64,000 nt of DNA from contig NEEC01000015.1 of the NCBI GenBank assembly GCA_002189035.1, forward strand, positions 2,356,001 to 2,420,000, in the 5' to 3' direction. The DNA is from Utricularia gibba (lineage: Eukaryota; Plantae; Magnoliophyta). The notes under the pieces are model-generated. The model was not told where the DNA came from, did no database searches, and saw only the letters and a list, made by a program, of their open reading frames with translations. The position numbers and the translations under genes were made by a program. Within the stretch, counting starts at the first letter, position 1. Each line of letters starts with the position of its first letter. Shown piece after piece: positions 1 to 13,187 of the stretch.

Positions 1-273
1 TAAAGTTTCAACTTCTTCTCCATAGACCTCCTCAGCTGTTGGATAGTATTTCTTATCCTCAGCCAAGACAATTTGGTTATCGATATCTACATCCTCTGAA
101 GTAGCCAGCCAGTTACTTGGCTTCCCAGCTCCATTCTCATAATCAGACATATTGTCCTCATCCTCTATCCTGTCATGGCGCTCTTCCTCTTCTTCCTCCC
201 TGTCACTCTCTTGGTCCGATTCAATCTCCGGCCCAATGTAATTCCCGAACTCGTCATACAGATTATCATCCAT
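1..273 (-). CDS. EFTUD2: U5 snRNP GTPase EFTUD2/Snu114 (CLOTHO/GFA1-like), 5' part only; gene continues off the left edge
   Basis: Minus-strand ATG at 273 reads MDDNLYDEFGNYIGPEIESDQESDREEEEE...QIVLAEDKKYYPTAEEVYGEEVETL, the characteristic acidic Snu114 N-terminus. A 5'UTR intron acceptor lies just upstream (about 284). Confidence 0.93.
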   Translation of the reverse strand, partial: MDDNLYDEFGNYIGPEIESDQESDREEEEEERHDRIEDEDNMSDYENGAGKPSNWLATSEDVDIDNQIVLAEDKKYYPTAEEVYGEEVETL

Positions 274-2252
274 CGCTTGAAACCTGAATAAACACACGAG
301 TTGCATCATTAAAAAAAACACTCCTACTTAAGAACTAGTGACATAAAAGCAAATACCTAATTAAGAAAAATGCAGCAACAATATAAAACAAAATAGACCA
401 AATTTCTCCGCGCACAGAGTCCCCGCGGAGAACGACGACCAAAAATGAAAGCTTACAGAAGCGCCGGGAATGCTAGGTTTTCGGCGGGGGAGAAAGGAGA
501 GAAAGATCGACGAAGAGGAATTTACTTTTTTGCCTACCGAGGATGGAATCACCATGTTGGCGGGCCGCGTATAAAGCCCAACAACTCAACAGGGTCGCCA
601 CGTACTCTCCAGAGCCCATTTTAATGACACCGACGGGCCACCTGCGATCCCCGGTTTCCCCACCGCGCAGACCGCCGCACATCTCCCCATAAATAAATAA
701 AAAAAGTATTTTCCATGCCAAAATGATTACGTCACCTGAGGGAGGTGGTGACACCAGCATCGGGGTTATAAACGTAATCTTTAGGTTACTTGAAGTTGCC
801 ATACTACCAATTTCCCGTAAATAAAGCTGACCGTACGGCGCTCCCCAATAAATCCCACTTCGCTTTTCCTTTCTTTTTTTTTTTTTCAATTTACTTACAA
901 TTACAAAATTCCTTTCAGAATTTGGGGTTTAGGGTTTTGATAATTAGCAAAAAAAAAAATAATTAACGAAAGAAAACCCTAATACCAGAAACCCCACAGC
1001 GAGGTGGGCTACGGTTCCCAAGAGGATAAATATATCCAATAAAAAGAATAATTAAATTTTTATTCAGTAATCTACCAGTACAAACTGACAACCTCTATAC
1101 CTGCTGTGCCGCTGCCACCAAAACACCACCCCCCGCCTCTCCAGCTGCCCCCTTTCCTGCCTTCTTCACATATAATATACCATTTTATTTCCTTTTTTTT
1201 AATTACCAATTCCATTTATTGGAAATTATTAATGAACTATATATTTTTTTAATTTCAATGATGCATCACATCAGTTGGAGATTACTTGTTCTCAAATATC
1301 CCCATGGATTCATTGTTTCACGTGATTTGTTTCATGATTAAATTAATTTTTTTTATCAAATATATATAATTAAATAGAATTTTAAAATAATTTTTATTTT
1401 TAAAAAATTCAGATCCTCGGCTTCTATTTTACATTAAAAATGCGTCATTAATGTTGAATTAAATAGAATCCGAGTGGCGTGGGTGTGGGCTGTGCCCCTG
1501 GGGAGACCACTTGTGGCTACTGTGGTTGGGCTCGGTGGCACGACTCTGGCATTTGGTGGTGTTGCGCACAAAAGTGATGTGGTTAGAGTGACGGGCGTCA
1601 ACTTTTGACCATTCAGCGTTCTCCACGTCTGCTTACCGTCAACGGTTAGGTGACGGCGTTAGTGCTTATGGAAAATATCCATTTTTAATTTTTTTTTTCG
1701 AATTTTAGTAGCTCGTAATTAATATTCGTTCCCGTAGATGTGCGTCGAATAATCAGGTGAGAAGCAATCATTGTCCTACACTCTTCTCCACCCTTTCAGC
1801 AGCTCCTTCCTCCTGCCCAGCGGCAAAACTCGCCGGAGAAATTCTCCGATGGGGATCGCGCTCTTCTCCGTCGCGCTCAGGTGGTAAAGAAAAGAAGTCT
1901 CTTCTTTTCTATTTTCCGTTATGCGTGGTATGTGGTCACCACGTCCAAGAACTGGAGTTGCAGATTTGTAAGAGCTGCTGCACTTGTAAAATACATGGGG
2001 ACGGGGCAGAGGGGTTTTAGGGTTTCGGTGGTATCCACGTGATGCGCTTTGTCTTTTTACCTTAATTTCTGTTGCGTGCTACAGTCTGGTATCCGATGAT
2101 TCCGTGTTCTTCTTCCAACGATCAACAGTGACTGTCCAGTCTTGTTACTGTTTTGTTCTTCTGAGCCACAGCATCACTGACCGGAATTTAACTAGTTTTT
2201 TTTCTCTTTTGCTTGATTGTTTGCAGATGTTAGTGCGTGAAATCTGGGTTTC

Positions 2253-4117
2253 ATGGAAATGAGATCTGAGTTTCGTGGCGCTCAACAAGCTCGCCGTGAT
2301 AAGCTGAGGGCTCTAGATTCCGGCGACAGTAACGACAACCCGTATGCTATTTACGCCGATTGTGTAGGTAACAACGAGATGGGTTACGAGCTCTGCCCCT
2401 GCCCGGAGATGTTGAATGTTCCGGCGAACACGCGGTCGCTTCCGGGCCCACAATGGAAAAGCATTGGTTCTGAATTTGTGGCTAATCACAACCCAGCAGC
2501 TGCACCAGCACCGATGTTTGTCGGAGAGTCGGTGTCCTCTTCTTCGGTTAAACTCGCGAATACTACTACGGCACCTCCTCAGTTCATACAGCAAGATCAG
2601 GGTCAGTGTTTCGGTCCGGTGCACGAACCCGTGTCCTTCCCGGAGAAACCCATGGATCCGGATCTGTACACTCAAGGCGCTTTATCGCTTTCGCTGTCTT
2701 CGGTTCCGCCGCCGACGCTCACTGTGGGTGATGTCGCGAACCTGGCCCGAATGCGTAAAGATGTCGTCGTCGGTCACCGAAATCCCGGCCCCCTCGGACC
2801 GTTCACTGGGTACGCGATAATCTTAAGGAACTCAAAGTTTCTGAGACCAGCGCATCAACTTCTCGAAGAACTTTGCTTCGCTGCGCGGCCCAAAATCCTG
2901 GTGGATGAAATTAGGGTTTCCGGTGAAGATTCCGGTGTCTCTTCACAAGTGTTCGATGAGCAAGGCCGCGATCCCACCGGAACAAACTATTCGCCGGAGA
3001 ACCTTCAGACACGAGCGCGGCTGCTGTTTCTGCAAGAAGAGGTTAGTAATCACCAACCTTCTTACAACATGTCGACGACGTCGTTTTGGAGGTTCTCACT
3101 AGGTTATATCGTTTTGTACCAGGTTTCGAAAAGGTACACGCAGTACCATCAGCAGATTCAGTTGGTTGTTTCGTCGTTCGAGACGGTGGCGGGACTAAGC
3201 TCCGCCACACCATACGTTTCGCTGGCTGTGAAATCCGTCAGCAAGCATTTTCGGTTTCTCAAGAACGCCATCTCCGATCACTTAAAGAACCTGCGAACCG
3301 CCTTGGGACATGATTCATGTCCCCCTTCTAATGTCGAAGCAGGTCCCACTTTCGCGTTCTCCGACCGTGGGTTCTTGATGTCCTCCAAAGGACCCAACGA
3401 CGGCGCTGCCCGCCATTCTTGGCGCCCTCAGAGAGGCTTACCTGAACGCGCCGTCGCCATTTTACGTGCCTGGCTCTTCGACCATTTCCTTCATCCGTAA
3501 GTGCCATGGCTTCAATCCCTGAATCCGTTTTCGCCTACATTTTAATCCTAATATTTGACGGGAAAACGTCCATCCTCTTCTTGTTCTTAGATACCCAACA
3601 GACACAGATAAACACATGCTGGCTTCCCAGACCGGCTTAACCCGAAGCCAGGTACCGCATTATCCTTTCTTCCAACCTAGAAAATATCAGAATAACACCG
3701 ACTGATTTCGCTGTTCTCCAGGTCTCGAACTGGTTCATCAACGCACGAGTTCGAATATGGAAGCCGATGGTGGAAGAGATTCACATGCTGGAGACCAAAG
3801 CCTTGGCCGGGGAAGAGGGTCCCAGTCCGAGCGCGGCAGCTGCAGCATCCGGAGGGAGCCAAAGCCTAGTACAAGGACATCACCAACATGAGATGAGCGA
3901 GAGCGATGGCTGGAATCAGGATAAGAGATCGAGGGTCGAGTATCACCCGCAGCCAGCTCCAGGTATCCGGGGATCCATTGTCGGCTTCGGCGGCGGCTCG
4001 GTATCGCTCACGCTCGGGCTGAGACAGAGCGCGGAGAATGCGCAGCCGGGGCTCCCGGAGAGCCACCATCTGCGACAGCAGTTCGGAAGTCAGTTCATCA
4101 GGGATTTCGTGGGGTGA
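2253..4117 (+). CDS. BLH8: BEL1-like TALE homeodomain protein, BLH8/POUND-FOOLISH type
   Basis: Exons 2253-3041, 3123-3496, 3591-3651 and 3722-4117 with GT-AG introns. Contains [28 protein letters not shown] (SKY/POX region), BELL domain, [32 protein letters not shown]...[16 protein letters not shown], and the C-terminal VSLTLGL box. Confidence 0.88.
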
Positions 4118-5699
4118 TTCTCATGGAAGGAAGGTGAGCATCGTCGCACTAGAGCTAATTTTTTAAAAAACTTAATTCCTAAGTATTTTGTAATTTAATC
4201 CTCGCATTGCTCCTCCCAAAAATCATCATTCCCCCAATTCCATCCTTTTGCATGGTCAGTGAACATATTGGGGGTGCAAGTGTACAAATCCGAAACCCTT
4301 GGGGTCATTTTGAAAAATGTAACAACCTTGGGTCCGATTTGAGAAAACAAAAAAGTAACCCTATTCAGCTATTGGGTCTGCAACTGGGCCTCCTCGGAAA
4401 CGCCTTCCTTCACTTGGTCCTCAGTCTCTGAACGGTAAACTGGGTCGAGCCCGGCCCGTTTTGAAAATGGAGAACGAATGAAATTTCAGTAGTCCACAGC
4501 TAGTTGGCAATAGAGCATGTTATTGATGGAGGTCCCCCCGGCTGCCCAAAAATCATTCACTCAAATAATTGCAACGACTTTAAGACATGGGGGGGAGCGA
4601 TACGCTATTAAGTTCCTAACATTAATCAAACAAAGGTCCTAGAAAAATCTTGGGTTAACCGCGTGGTGATGATTCAAGTTGGGTGGCAGGTTGTACGATC
4701 TGGCCCTCATTGGTTACCTAACTCATGGATCGGGTCAACGACGTCCTTTTCAAAGTTCATCATCTCATCTATCCTACACTGAGTTAGTGATAAGGATACT
4801 ATGTGTTGGCTTCATCTTAATCATTCAACTTGTACATTTTTTTTCTAACAAGAAAACCTTGTATAAGATTTCTATAAATAACCCATATGAGATAACAAGT
4901 GGTATCCAAAAAATAAGAAAAATTGAAACTATATCATATTAAGGAAGAGAAATTTCACTAAAATCTGATGAAGAAATGAACATTGTTTCAAACCACATGA
5001 GAAGTTCCAAGAACTAAGGTAGATATTTTTTGTCCTTTTATGAAAAAATTGAAAATCATTCGAAAATATAGAAATATCTTCAAAACCATAATTATCTGTT
5101 GAAAATTGATTTTGAGGAAAGTATACCAAACATAATTTTAGTTTTTCTTATTTTACTGTGATATGAAATGTAATTAACTCTTAATCTTCTTACGATATTA
5201 TATATTTTAGATCAATGATTTTATGTTTTGTCGGGAAAGGGTTATTTTCACTTCTTCCGTGCACAACGTTAGATTCAACGTGACTAATGTGTGTGGGGTC
5301 CCGGCGGTTGGCAGGCGCCAGCCAAACCAGACAGACAGCCATGGACTGCCGCCGGTACTGTTGGGACTCCGTACCCGTCAAACCTTTCCAAGAACTCCAC
5401 AGAGATCTACCCGTCGGAATCTGCATCCAGTCCAAGCGTCCGACGCATCCAACGAGAGAGACCCCATTGAACAGAGGCTGCTGGCAGCAGTACAAGATGA
5501 TACTCCAAGTTAGATAAACCATGGGTGAGATATTCTTATTGAAATTAAAAATTCGATGGTTCGGATGAACACGTACACAAAAAATATAAATAACATCGAA
5601 AAAAATTAAAACCAATTAATTATTAATAATTTATAATTTCTTATATAATTGATTATTCTATTTTTATTTTTAGATGTAGTATTGCTTATCCTTAGATCA

Positions 5700-5970
5700 T
5701 CTGTATCAATATCCGGAAATGCTTATTTGGTATTTTCGGAAATTGAGTTATTGAGTTTTCTTTATTAAGTTTTCTTTACGTTTGTATCAATTTTCGGAAA
5801 TCATAATATTAAAATAATATTAAAATAAATAGTATAAATTATATTTAAAACGGTTTCCAAAAGAAAACTAAGTTTCCTCATTTCCGTTTCCGTAAAAAAT
5901 TAAAAACAAGTGTAGTGGTTTCCAAAAACATTTTCCCATTTCCGGAAATGGTGACATTTCTGGAAACTAG
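5700..5970. repeat. Cluster of short TTTCCG/CGGAAA/AAACGG motifs with palindromes; possible decayed DNA-transposon subterminal region
   Basis: ATCCGGAAAT, TTTTCGGAAAT (x2), AAACGGTTTCC, TTTCCGTTTCCG, the perfect palindrome CATTTCCGGAAATG, and CATTTCTGGAAAC. No TIR/TSD found. Confidence 0.3.
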
Positions 5971-7130
5971 TAAAGATGCTCTTATAAGACTAACCCCGGA
6001 TGGATGCTTTTGTTGGCATGGGAGGCCCCCATGTTTGATGAGAAAGACTAGAGAGGGGCACAGGGTAGATCTCAATAGTCATTGTTAGGGCAAACTAAGC
6101 ATCAAGACCACGGCATTAGGATCCAGGTTTAGTTAGTGAGCCTACCACCTCTGCACATGCAACAAGACCATTCAAGAAATAATAATCCTGTCAAAGTCCA
6201 AATAGACTGTACATCCTATCCACTTTGTTTTTTTTTCTTTTGTTTCTTAATAATGTATTATTAGGGTGTGTTTGGTTGTGAAATTTAAATATATTAAAAA
6301 TTATGATTCTATTTAAATAATTGTAAAACAGATTCTATTCACACAATGTGAAACACAGGTTTGAATTACAATTTTGATCAACTTCCCTTCCCCAAACTGG
6401 AAAATTCCAATAACGGGGTGAAAATGCAGTATATTAATAGAACGAAAAGTTTGACCTAGGAAAAAGGACGTACGACCGTGGACCGCCCCACTCCACGTAG
6501 GCTAATGACCCCGTCCTGTCCTGTTAATTATCCACGTGTCTTTTGACATTTTCAGATCTGTATCGTATTAGAGTCAAATTAAACGTACAATAAAATTGTT
6601 TTAATTCATTTAAAAAATAATAGATTAATAATATACTAACATTTATTTGCACATTAAAATAGGAGTATAATTGTCGTATACTTATTAATAAACACATAAG
6701 ATCGATATCAAAATGGGGAAATAATATTATTTAATAGCAAGTAGGCTTTTTCGGTATTGGTGATTGGTGGGAATTGGGTGGGAAATTATTGTTCATTTTT
6801 CAATGTGAAGTTCCTATTTCGCCCTCCTGTGCTTTCCCACTGATAAGCTTGGGAATGGAACCTAACTAAATACGTGGGGGTTTGTTTGATCGATGTGGTA
6901 GCGCAAAGGAGTCCGTTTTACGCGCTCATCTTGCAACCGATCCCTGGATCCGAAAATCCAAAATCCTCCTTTGGGTGCTGCTCATTGTTTCTTAGTTCAG
7001 AAGGTTGCCCATTAATTTAGCGCTTTAGTGTGTTTCCATGCACATAGTTTTACTTTTCTGGGTTCTGGGTTCCTGTGTATATATTTGAGACTGTGGGTTT
7101 TTGAAGCCGTCCTAGAGGTTATTGCGGGAA

Positions 7131-10100
7131 ATGGGTGGGAGTAAATGGTTTAACTTGAAGTTGAAGTTGGGTCTTGGCCTAAAGCTCAATTCTTGCCTTC
7201 AATCGCCGGGGATGATTGAGGATTCGTCTACGAGGTATTCTGCGGCGCCGCTTTTGCCGGCAGTTGTTGCTCGGGATTCTGAGCGATCGGCGAGAATGTC
7301 CGCTGGGACTTCTTCTGGAATCAATGTGGCCCAAACTTCCGGGAACACGAAGGCTTGTGAGGTGATAATCGGAAACAGGGGATTCTTAATTTTTCATCTC
7401 TTTTCATGTCTCAATGGTGGTGGCTTCTACTTTCTTGATCGGATTAGTGCACTCATTTCGTGAATCTTAACGCCTACGTTTTTAGATCTGGGGATACGCA
7501 TTCACACCGGACAATTATGTGATGGGGTTCGCGTCATGTTGCGGACTTTTTCTTATTTGAAAATTTTGTTTTTTTTTTCGTAATCATCCTTTTCACAGCT
7601 AACATTCTTTACCTTCAAAAAGTTTTGTTGCCAAAGGGAAAAGGAAAGTTTTGATAGGTTCCTACCTCAATTTTCTTAAAAGTAGCATTCCGGACCGTTG
7701 CTTAAAAAATACATGCCTCTGTCTGGATTTTGTTGCAAAACTGCATGCTTTTGTTCGGGTTTGTGGATCTGAATTATGCAAACAGCTTGCATGATCTGAA
7801 CTTGAAAGAGAAGAGAAAAAGGTGAAGTGGGGCTTGATGATGATAACGGAGACCAAAAAAAGTCTTCATGAGAACATGCATATGCAAAATGTCAGAAACG
7901 GCCCCTTGTGTTGTGTCGTAGTTTTCAGTTTGTGTACCGCTGGGTGGGGGGCTAAAGCTGGTGGAATTTCTTTTGATGGACTTATATTCCTTCATCTGGC
8001 CTCATTTGTGGAAACCCCAAGGGGTAGCTACAGTGAAAATTTTCTTGGTTCTGTTTTGTTGCAGTGGAAAAGCAACTACTTTTCTTGGTCAGCAGCACAA
8101 CACATGACATTTCACGTTTCCTTCACTATTCTCACCCCTTTTGATGGAATGAAGTGTGCCATCATTTTGACTTTATGTTGAAAAGCTCATGAAATTAACA
8201 TTTTCATAAGCCAAATAGTTGTAAAGTGGATGACAGTCCTGTAGTGGTTGAGGACTTGTACTTCTTTTGATGGATGTGTCGCTTTGAATCATTCGCTTCA
8301 GTGTTGACCATGAAACAACTTGGGACTTTTGCTTAAGCGTAGTTAGCGTTTGTTGCTTTAGTTAATCTTCTGAACCCAAAGAATGATACTTTATCCTCTT
8401 CTAATGTGCTGTTGTGTCATTCATGCCTACGCAGAAGATATGTGCAATCTGTTTGGTAACAATGAAGCCGGGGCATGGCCAAGCGATTTTCACAGCGGAA
8501 TGTTCACACTCGTTTCATTTCCGCTGTATTGCATCTAATGTGAAGCATGGGAGGCAATCATGCCCTGTTTGCAGAGCAACATGGAACGAAGTTCCTTTTC
8601 AGAGCCCTGCTACCGGTAAGTCTCCATCAAGAGAGGGAGGAAATAATGTGGATGGTTCTTCCAGGCCCCAAAATGCTGAGGCATTTCCACGTATACGCCG
8701 CCGGGGAGCAGTCAGCCACGCTGCACTTCATCAATCTTCAGAGCCTGAAGTATATGATGACGATGATGAAGTAATAGTAAGAGAAGAATCCAGTGGTAAC
8801 CAAAGCCAAATGGCATCGTTATCCGATGGTGGTAAAAAATGTGATTATGTTGGAGAAGTTGAAATTGAAACACATCCGGAATTACCTGCTGTTCCAAGGT
8901 TGGAATCCCATGAGAACTTCTTGGTACTTGTTCATCTCAAAGCCCCGGTTTACGGTGCCGGATTTCCACTAGAAAGGCAAACTTCTATTGCTCCTGTTGA
9001 TCTTGTGACAGTTCTTGATATCAGCGGTAGCATGTCTGGAAGCAAGCTTGCATTGCTTAAAAGGGCAATGGGATTTGTTATTCAAAACTTGGGTCCCTCA
9101 GATCGCCTCTCAGTCATTGCCTTTTCATCAACAGCACGACGTCTGTTCCCACTCCGTAGGATGACAGACGCAGGAAGGGAATTGGCTCTGCAGGCTGTAA
9201 ATGCTCTCAGCTCAAATGGTGGGACGAATATAGCTGAGGGCATCAAGAAGGGAGCCAAAGTGATGTCAGATAGGAAGTGGAAGAATGCAGTCAGCAGTAT
9301 GATTCTTTTGTCTGATGGCCAAGATTCTTACAACACAATCATCTCTAGTGGAGGGTGCTCAAGATCTCATTTCAAGACATTGCTTCCAGCATCCATGCAT
9401 CGCGATTGCCCCTCTGGGCGCCGTATCCCAGTGCATACATTTGGTTTTGGAGCAGATCATGATGCAGCTTTAATGCATTCAATCTCCGAGGAAACGGGTG
9501 GAACCTTCTCCTTCATTGAGGCTGAGAGTGTGATGCAAGATGCTTTTGCACAATGCCTTGGTGGACTCTTGAGCGTCGTTGTGCAGGAACTGAAACTTGA
9601 AGTCGGGTGCATCCATCCCCTGGTCCGACTGACTTCTGTCAAGTCCGGTAGCTACAAGACCATCCTGTCTTCTGATAACAGAGAAGCATCCATTGAAGTA
9701 GGAGATTTGTATGCTGAAGAGGAACGCGATTTTCTAGTAGCAGTCGATGTTCCGGCCGACGAATCCATAGATGAGATGCCGCTGCTTAAGCTCCGATGCT
9801 ATTACAAGGACCCCATTTCAAAAAGCTCGGTGACACAAGACTCTGCATCCAATGATGTAAGAATCCAAAGGCCGTTGTCCATGCCGGAAGCAGCCCCGGT
9901 GTCGATCCCAGTCGACAAGCAACGAAACCGGCTTCATTGCGCAGAGGCAATAGCCGAAGCCAAAGCTGCTGCTGAACGAGGTGATTTGGCCTCAGCTACA
10001 ACCATTCTAGAAAACTGCAGAAACCAACTGTCTGCAACAATTTCAGCGAGGGCAGAAGACCCCCTTGTCCTAGCACTGATGTCGGAGTTGGGAGAGATGC

Positions 10101-10357
10101 AGCAACGAATGGCTAGTCGACAAGTCTACGAGACCTCCGGGAGAGCTTATGTCCTGTCCGGCCTCAGCTCACACACCAGACAAAGAACAACAACACGAGG
10201 TCACTCAACGGACAGTGGAAGTAGCCTTGCTCACTTGTATCAAACTCCGACAATGGTCGACATGGTGAACTTGTCGCAGACGATGTCGTTCGGAGCACCT
10301 CCGCACCCGAAAAACAGACGGCCCCGTTCATCTCTGGCTAGACATAGCCCGAGGTGA
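7131..10357 (+). CDS. C3HC4 RING finger + von Willebrand factor A domain E3 ligase (WAV3/At5g60710-like family)
   Basis: Exon 1 7131-7361 (MGGSKWFNLKLKLGLGL..., like the family N-terminus MGSKWRKAK..LGL). Phase-0 intron 7362-8434. Exon 2 8435-10357 with CAICL..C.HSFHFRCI..CPVCR RING, VWA DLVTVLDISGSM and LLSDG. Confidence 0.9.
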
Positions 10358-10859
10358 TCCTTCCGTGAAATTATTGGAAGTTTTGGGGTGGAAGCGGAAT
10401 AATCGAAGATATGGTGAATTATTTAGAATTTTAATTTCTACGCCTTTTGTGTACAAAAAAAAACATTCATTTTCCTCTTAATTGGAAAAAAAAAAAAGAG
10501 GTACAAGTTTCATTCATTCATAATTTTTTAGAAGATTTGAAATTGTTTTTTTTTTAAAAAAAAATGTGATGGGCTGGTTGTCGGACCCTTCTAATTTTGT
10601 TATTACTGATTAAAATAATTTCAAAATAATACTATAACGCCATGTTTATTTTATTGTTTTTTTTTCTTGAATATTCGAAACAAAAAAAGTTTCAAATAAA
10701 GGTCAGGGCGGGGGCAATTTGTGACATTTTTGCAAATTCAAAGCCCTTGCTTGAAAGGGTTTGGAACTCCTCTCTACAAATTTTACTTGCCGGTGGTGAT
10801 TGCAGGAAGGAGAGCGGGAAGGCCAGAGACGGAGGTTCGCCGCGAAGCTTGTGAAGGTG

Positions 10860-12368
10860 ATGGCCGGAAAATCCAGCACGACGCCGTCGACATACTCGCC
10901 GGCTTTTCTGGGACAGAAGAAGAAGAGGACACCTGTGCTCGACTCTGAATATACTCGCTCCGATGGCCGAGGCCCACTCGAATGCCGACCTGCATGTATG
11001 TATCATGATCAATGAGCACTCTCAATTTGTGGTTTCTGGGTTTATTTAACTAGGAATTGATGTTTTCCGTCTAGTGTTGTCATGGAACTTGAATTCTATA
11101 TGTTGGCATGAACAAATTCCTATAGAAAATTGGTAACCTGACGCTGAGAAGTTTCTCTGCAGTTTTACGGACTGGAGCTGTGAATTCTGCTTCAGGTTCT
11201 GCCTATGCTGATTTTGGGAACACAAAAGTGATCGTTTCTGTGTGAGTCTCTGTAGTTGATTGGAATACGCACATCGTTATAGAGGCTATGCAACTTTTGC
11301 AACTGTACATCATTGCTTTCTTTCGAATTATTTTTGTTTCTGTAGTATGTCCCTATAAGTTACTTGGTTTTGCTGCCCAGTTTTGGCCCTAGAGAAAGTA
11401 AGAAAGCAATGATGTACACTGACACGGGACGACTGAATTGCAACATAAGCTATGCAACTTTTGCAACTCCAGTTCGTGGTCAGGTTAATCTGCTTGTTCC
11501 AACCCCTTTCTGTGGTTCTCTTCATTTGTAAACTTATACATCCTGTCTGTCGTTCAGGCTCCAGAAACTAAGGATCTTTCAGCCATGCTCCACAAATCCC
11601 TGGAAGGTGCTATTATACTGGAATCTTTTCCTAAAACAACCGTTGATGTCTTCGCTTTAGTGTTGGAATCGGGTGGAAGTAAGTACCTTATGTTAATGTT
11701 TCAATACCTTGCATTTGATAGGTGAAAGAAAGTGTACTATTCAGCACCATTGCTCATTATAATACATTTCCATGCTTATTCACAGCTTCGTTCTTGACCT
11801 GGTCTTTTAATCGAGTCCATGATTAGATAATTCCTAGTTTTAGTGATTGTATCAAGGCTTCACCCACTCTCATGGTTCATACACTAATGCTACAGGTGAT
11901 CTCCCAGTAATCACAACATGCGCAAGTCTTGCTCTGGCGGATGCAGGGATCATGCTATACGATCTGGTGGCCTCTGTTTCCGTGGTACTCATCGACATTC
12001 CTCATTCTCCTTAAAACGCCATGAAAATCAGCAAAGTAATCCCATCGCTCTGTGTGTTTGCAGTCATGTCTAGGGAAAAATCTCCTCATCGACCCCATCA
12101 CCGAAGAAGAAGGATTCGAAGATGCAAGCATGATGATCACCTGCATGCCGTCGCGCAATGAGGTGACTCAGATGCTCGTCACAGGTGAATGGTCAACTTC
12201 AAAGCTCCATGAGGTGCGACTCCATGGCTCTGAAACGTTCCTTATACAACATCCCCAAATTATCCAACTCCTGTGCAGGCGATGCAGCTGTGCTTGGATG
12301 CTTGTTCCAAGCTTTCCCAACTCATGAGATCTTGTCTCAGAGAAGCTGCCACTGGTCCACAAGACTGA
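10860..12368 (+). CDS. RRP41L: Exosome RNase PH-like core subunit RRP41-like/MTR3
   Basis: Seven exons joined in frame: RSDGRGPLECRPAFLRTGAVNSASGSAYADFGNTKVIVSVFGPRESK...FPKTTVDVFALVLESGGSDLPVITTCASLALADAGI...AMQLCLDACSKL. Stop TGA at 12366-12368. Confidence 0.9.
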
Positions 12369-12466
12369 CACCTTCTCAATTAGTGTTTTTTCTCCTAGTT
12401 GCATCCCAAAATCAACCCTCCAACTTAAATCTCTTTTTTTTTATTAACAAATGGCAAAGCAAATCA

Positions 12467-13187
12467 GAGTTAATTGGGGAACTAGCCCTCTGCAAAAAAC
12501 AGGTTTGCTGAATGGCCCTATCTGGAAATTCTTGGCTATTTAGCCCTACTTTTTGTAGGTATTAGCTAAATAGCCCATCTTTTAATATAAATAAAAATAA
12601 TTGATTATTGATTAAGAAAAATAATAATAGAAAATCAAATATACATTTTATATATATTTATTTATTCATTAAATTTTATATAACTGATATATAGCTAAAT
12701 ATATATATATATATATATATATAATGTATATTTGATTTTCTCCTTGCTTGGATTCTTGATGTTAGCTCGGTGCAGGCACAGGATGGAGACATAGGCAGGA
12801 TGTGGTGAAGGCTTGAGTTGAAGGGGGAGATACCTGTCTCCAGATCCTTTCATGGTGCTTGCGCCGATCCATCGGGGCGTTTCTTGTACCTCTGTGGCGG
12901 GATGGTGGATGGAGTGGTGAAACCGGCTAATTCCTATAAATTTTTAAATTTATGTTTTTAACTATATATTAATTATATAAAATTTAATGAATAAATAAAT
13001 ATATATAATTTATATTTGATTTTCTATTATTATTTTTCGTAATCAATAATTAATTATTTTTATTTATACTAAAAGTTGGGCTATTTAGCTAATACCTACA
13101 AAAAATAGGATTAAATAGCTAATAATTTCCAGATAGGACCATTCAGCAAACTTTTTTTTTGCAGAGGGCTAGTTCCCCAATTGACCC
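12467..13187. mobile_element. Non-autonomous Mutator-like element (MULE), Pack-MULE candidate, 721 bp
   Basis: About 230-bp terminal inverted repeats, roughly 90% identical by eye (left GAGTTAATTGGGGAACTAGCCCTCTGC..., right end ...GCAGAGGGCTAGTTCCCCAATTGACCC). Flanked by the exact 10-bp direct repeat AAGCAAATCA at 12457-12466 and 13188-13197. Confidence 0.92.
12699..12723. repeat. (AT)n microsatellite inside the MULE
   Basis: About 12 AT units at the inner end of the left TIR. Confidence 0.9.

Noticed and set aside
852-862. ATCCCACTTCG, one mismatch from the snRNA USE (RTCCCACATCG)
   Set aside because: No TATA at the required spacing and no recognisable snRNA downstream.
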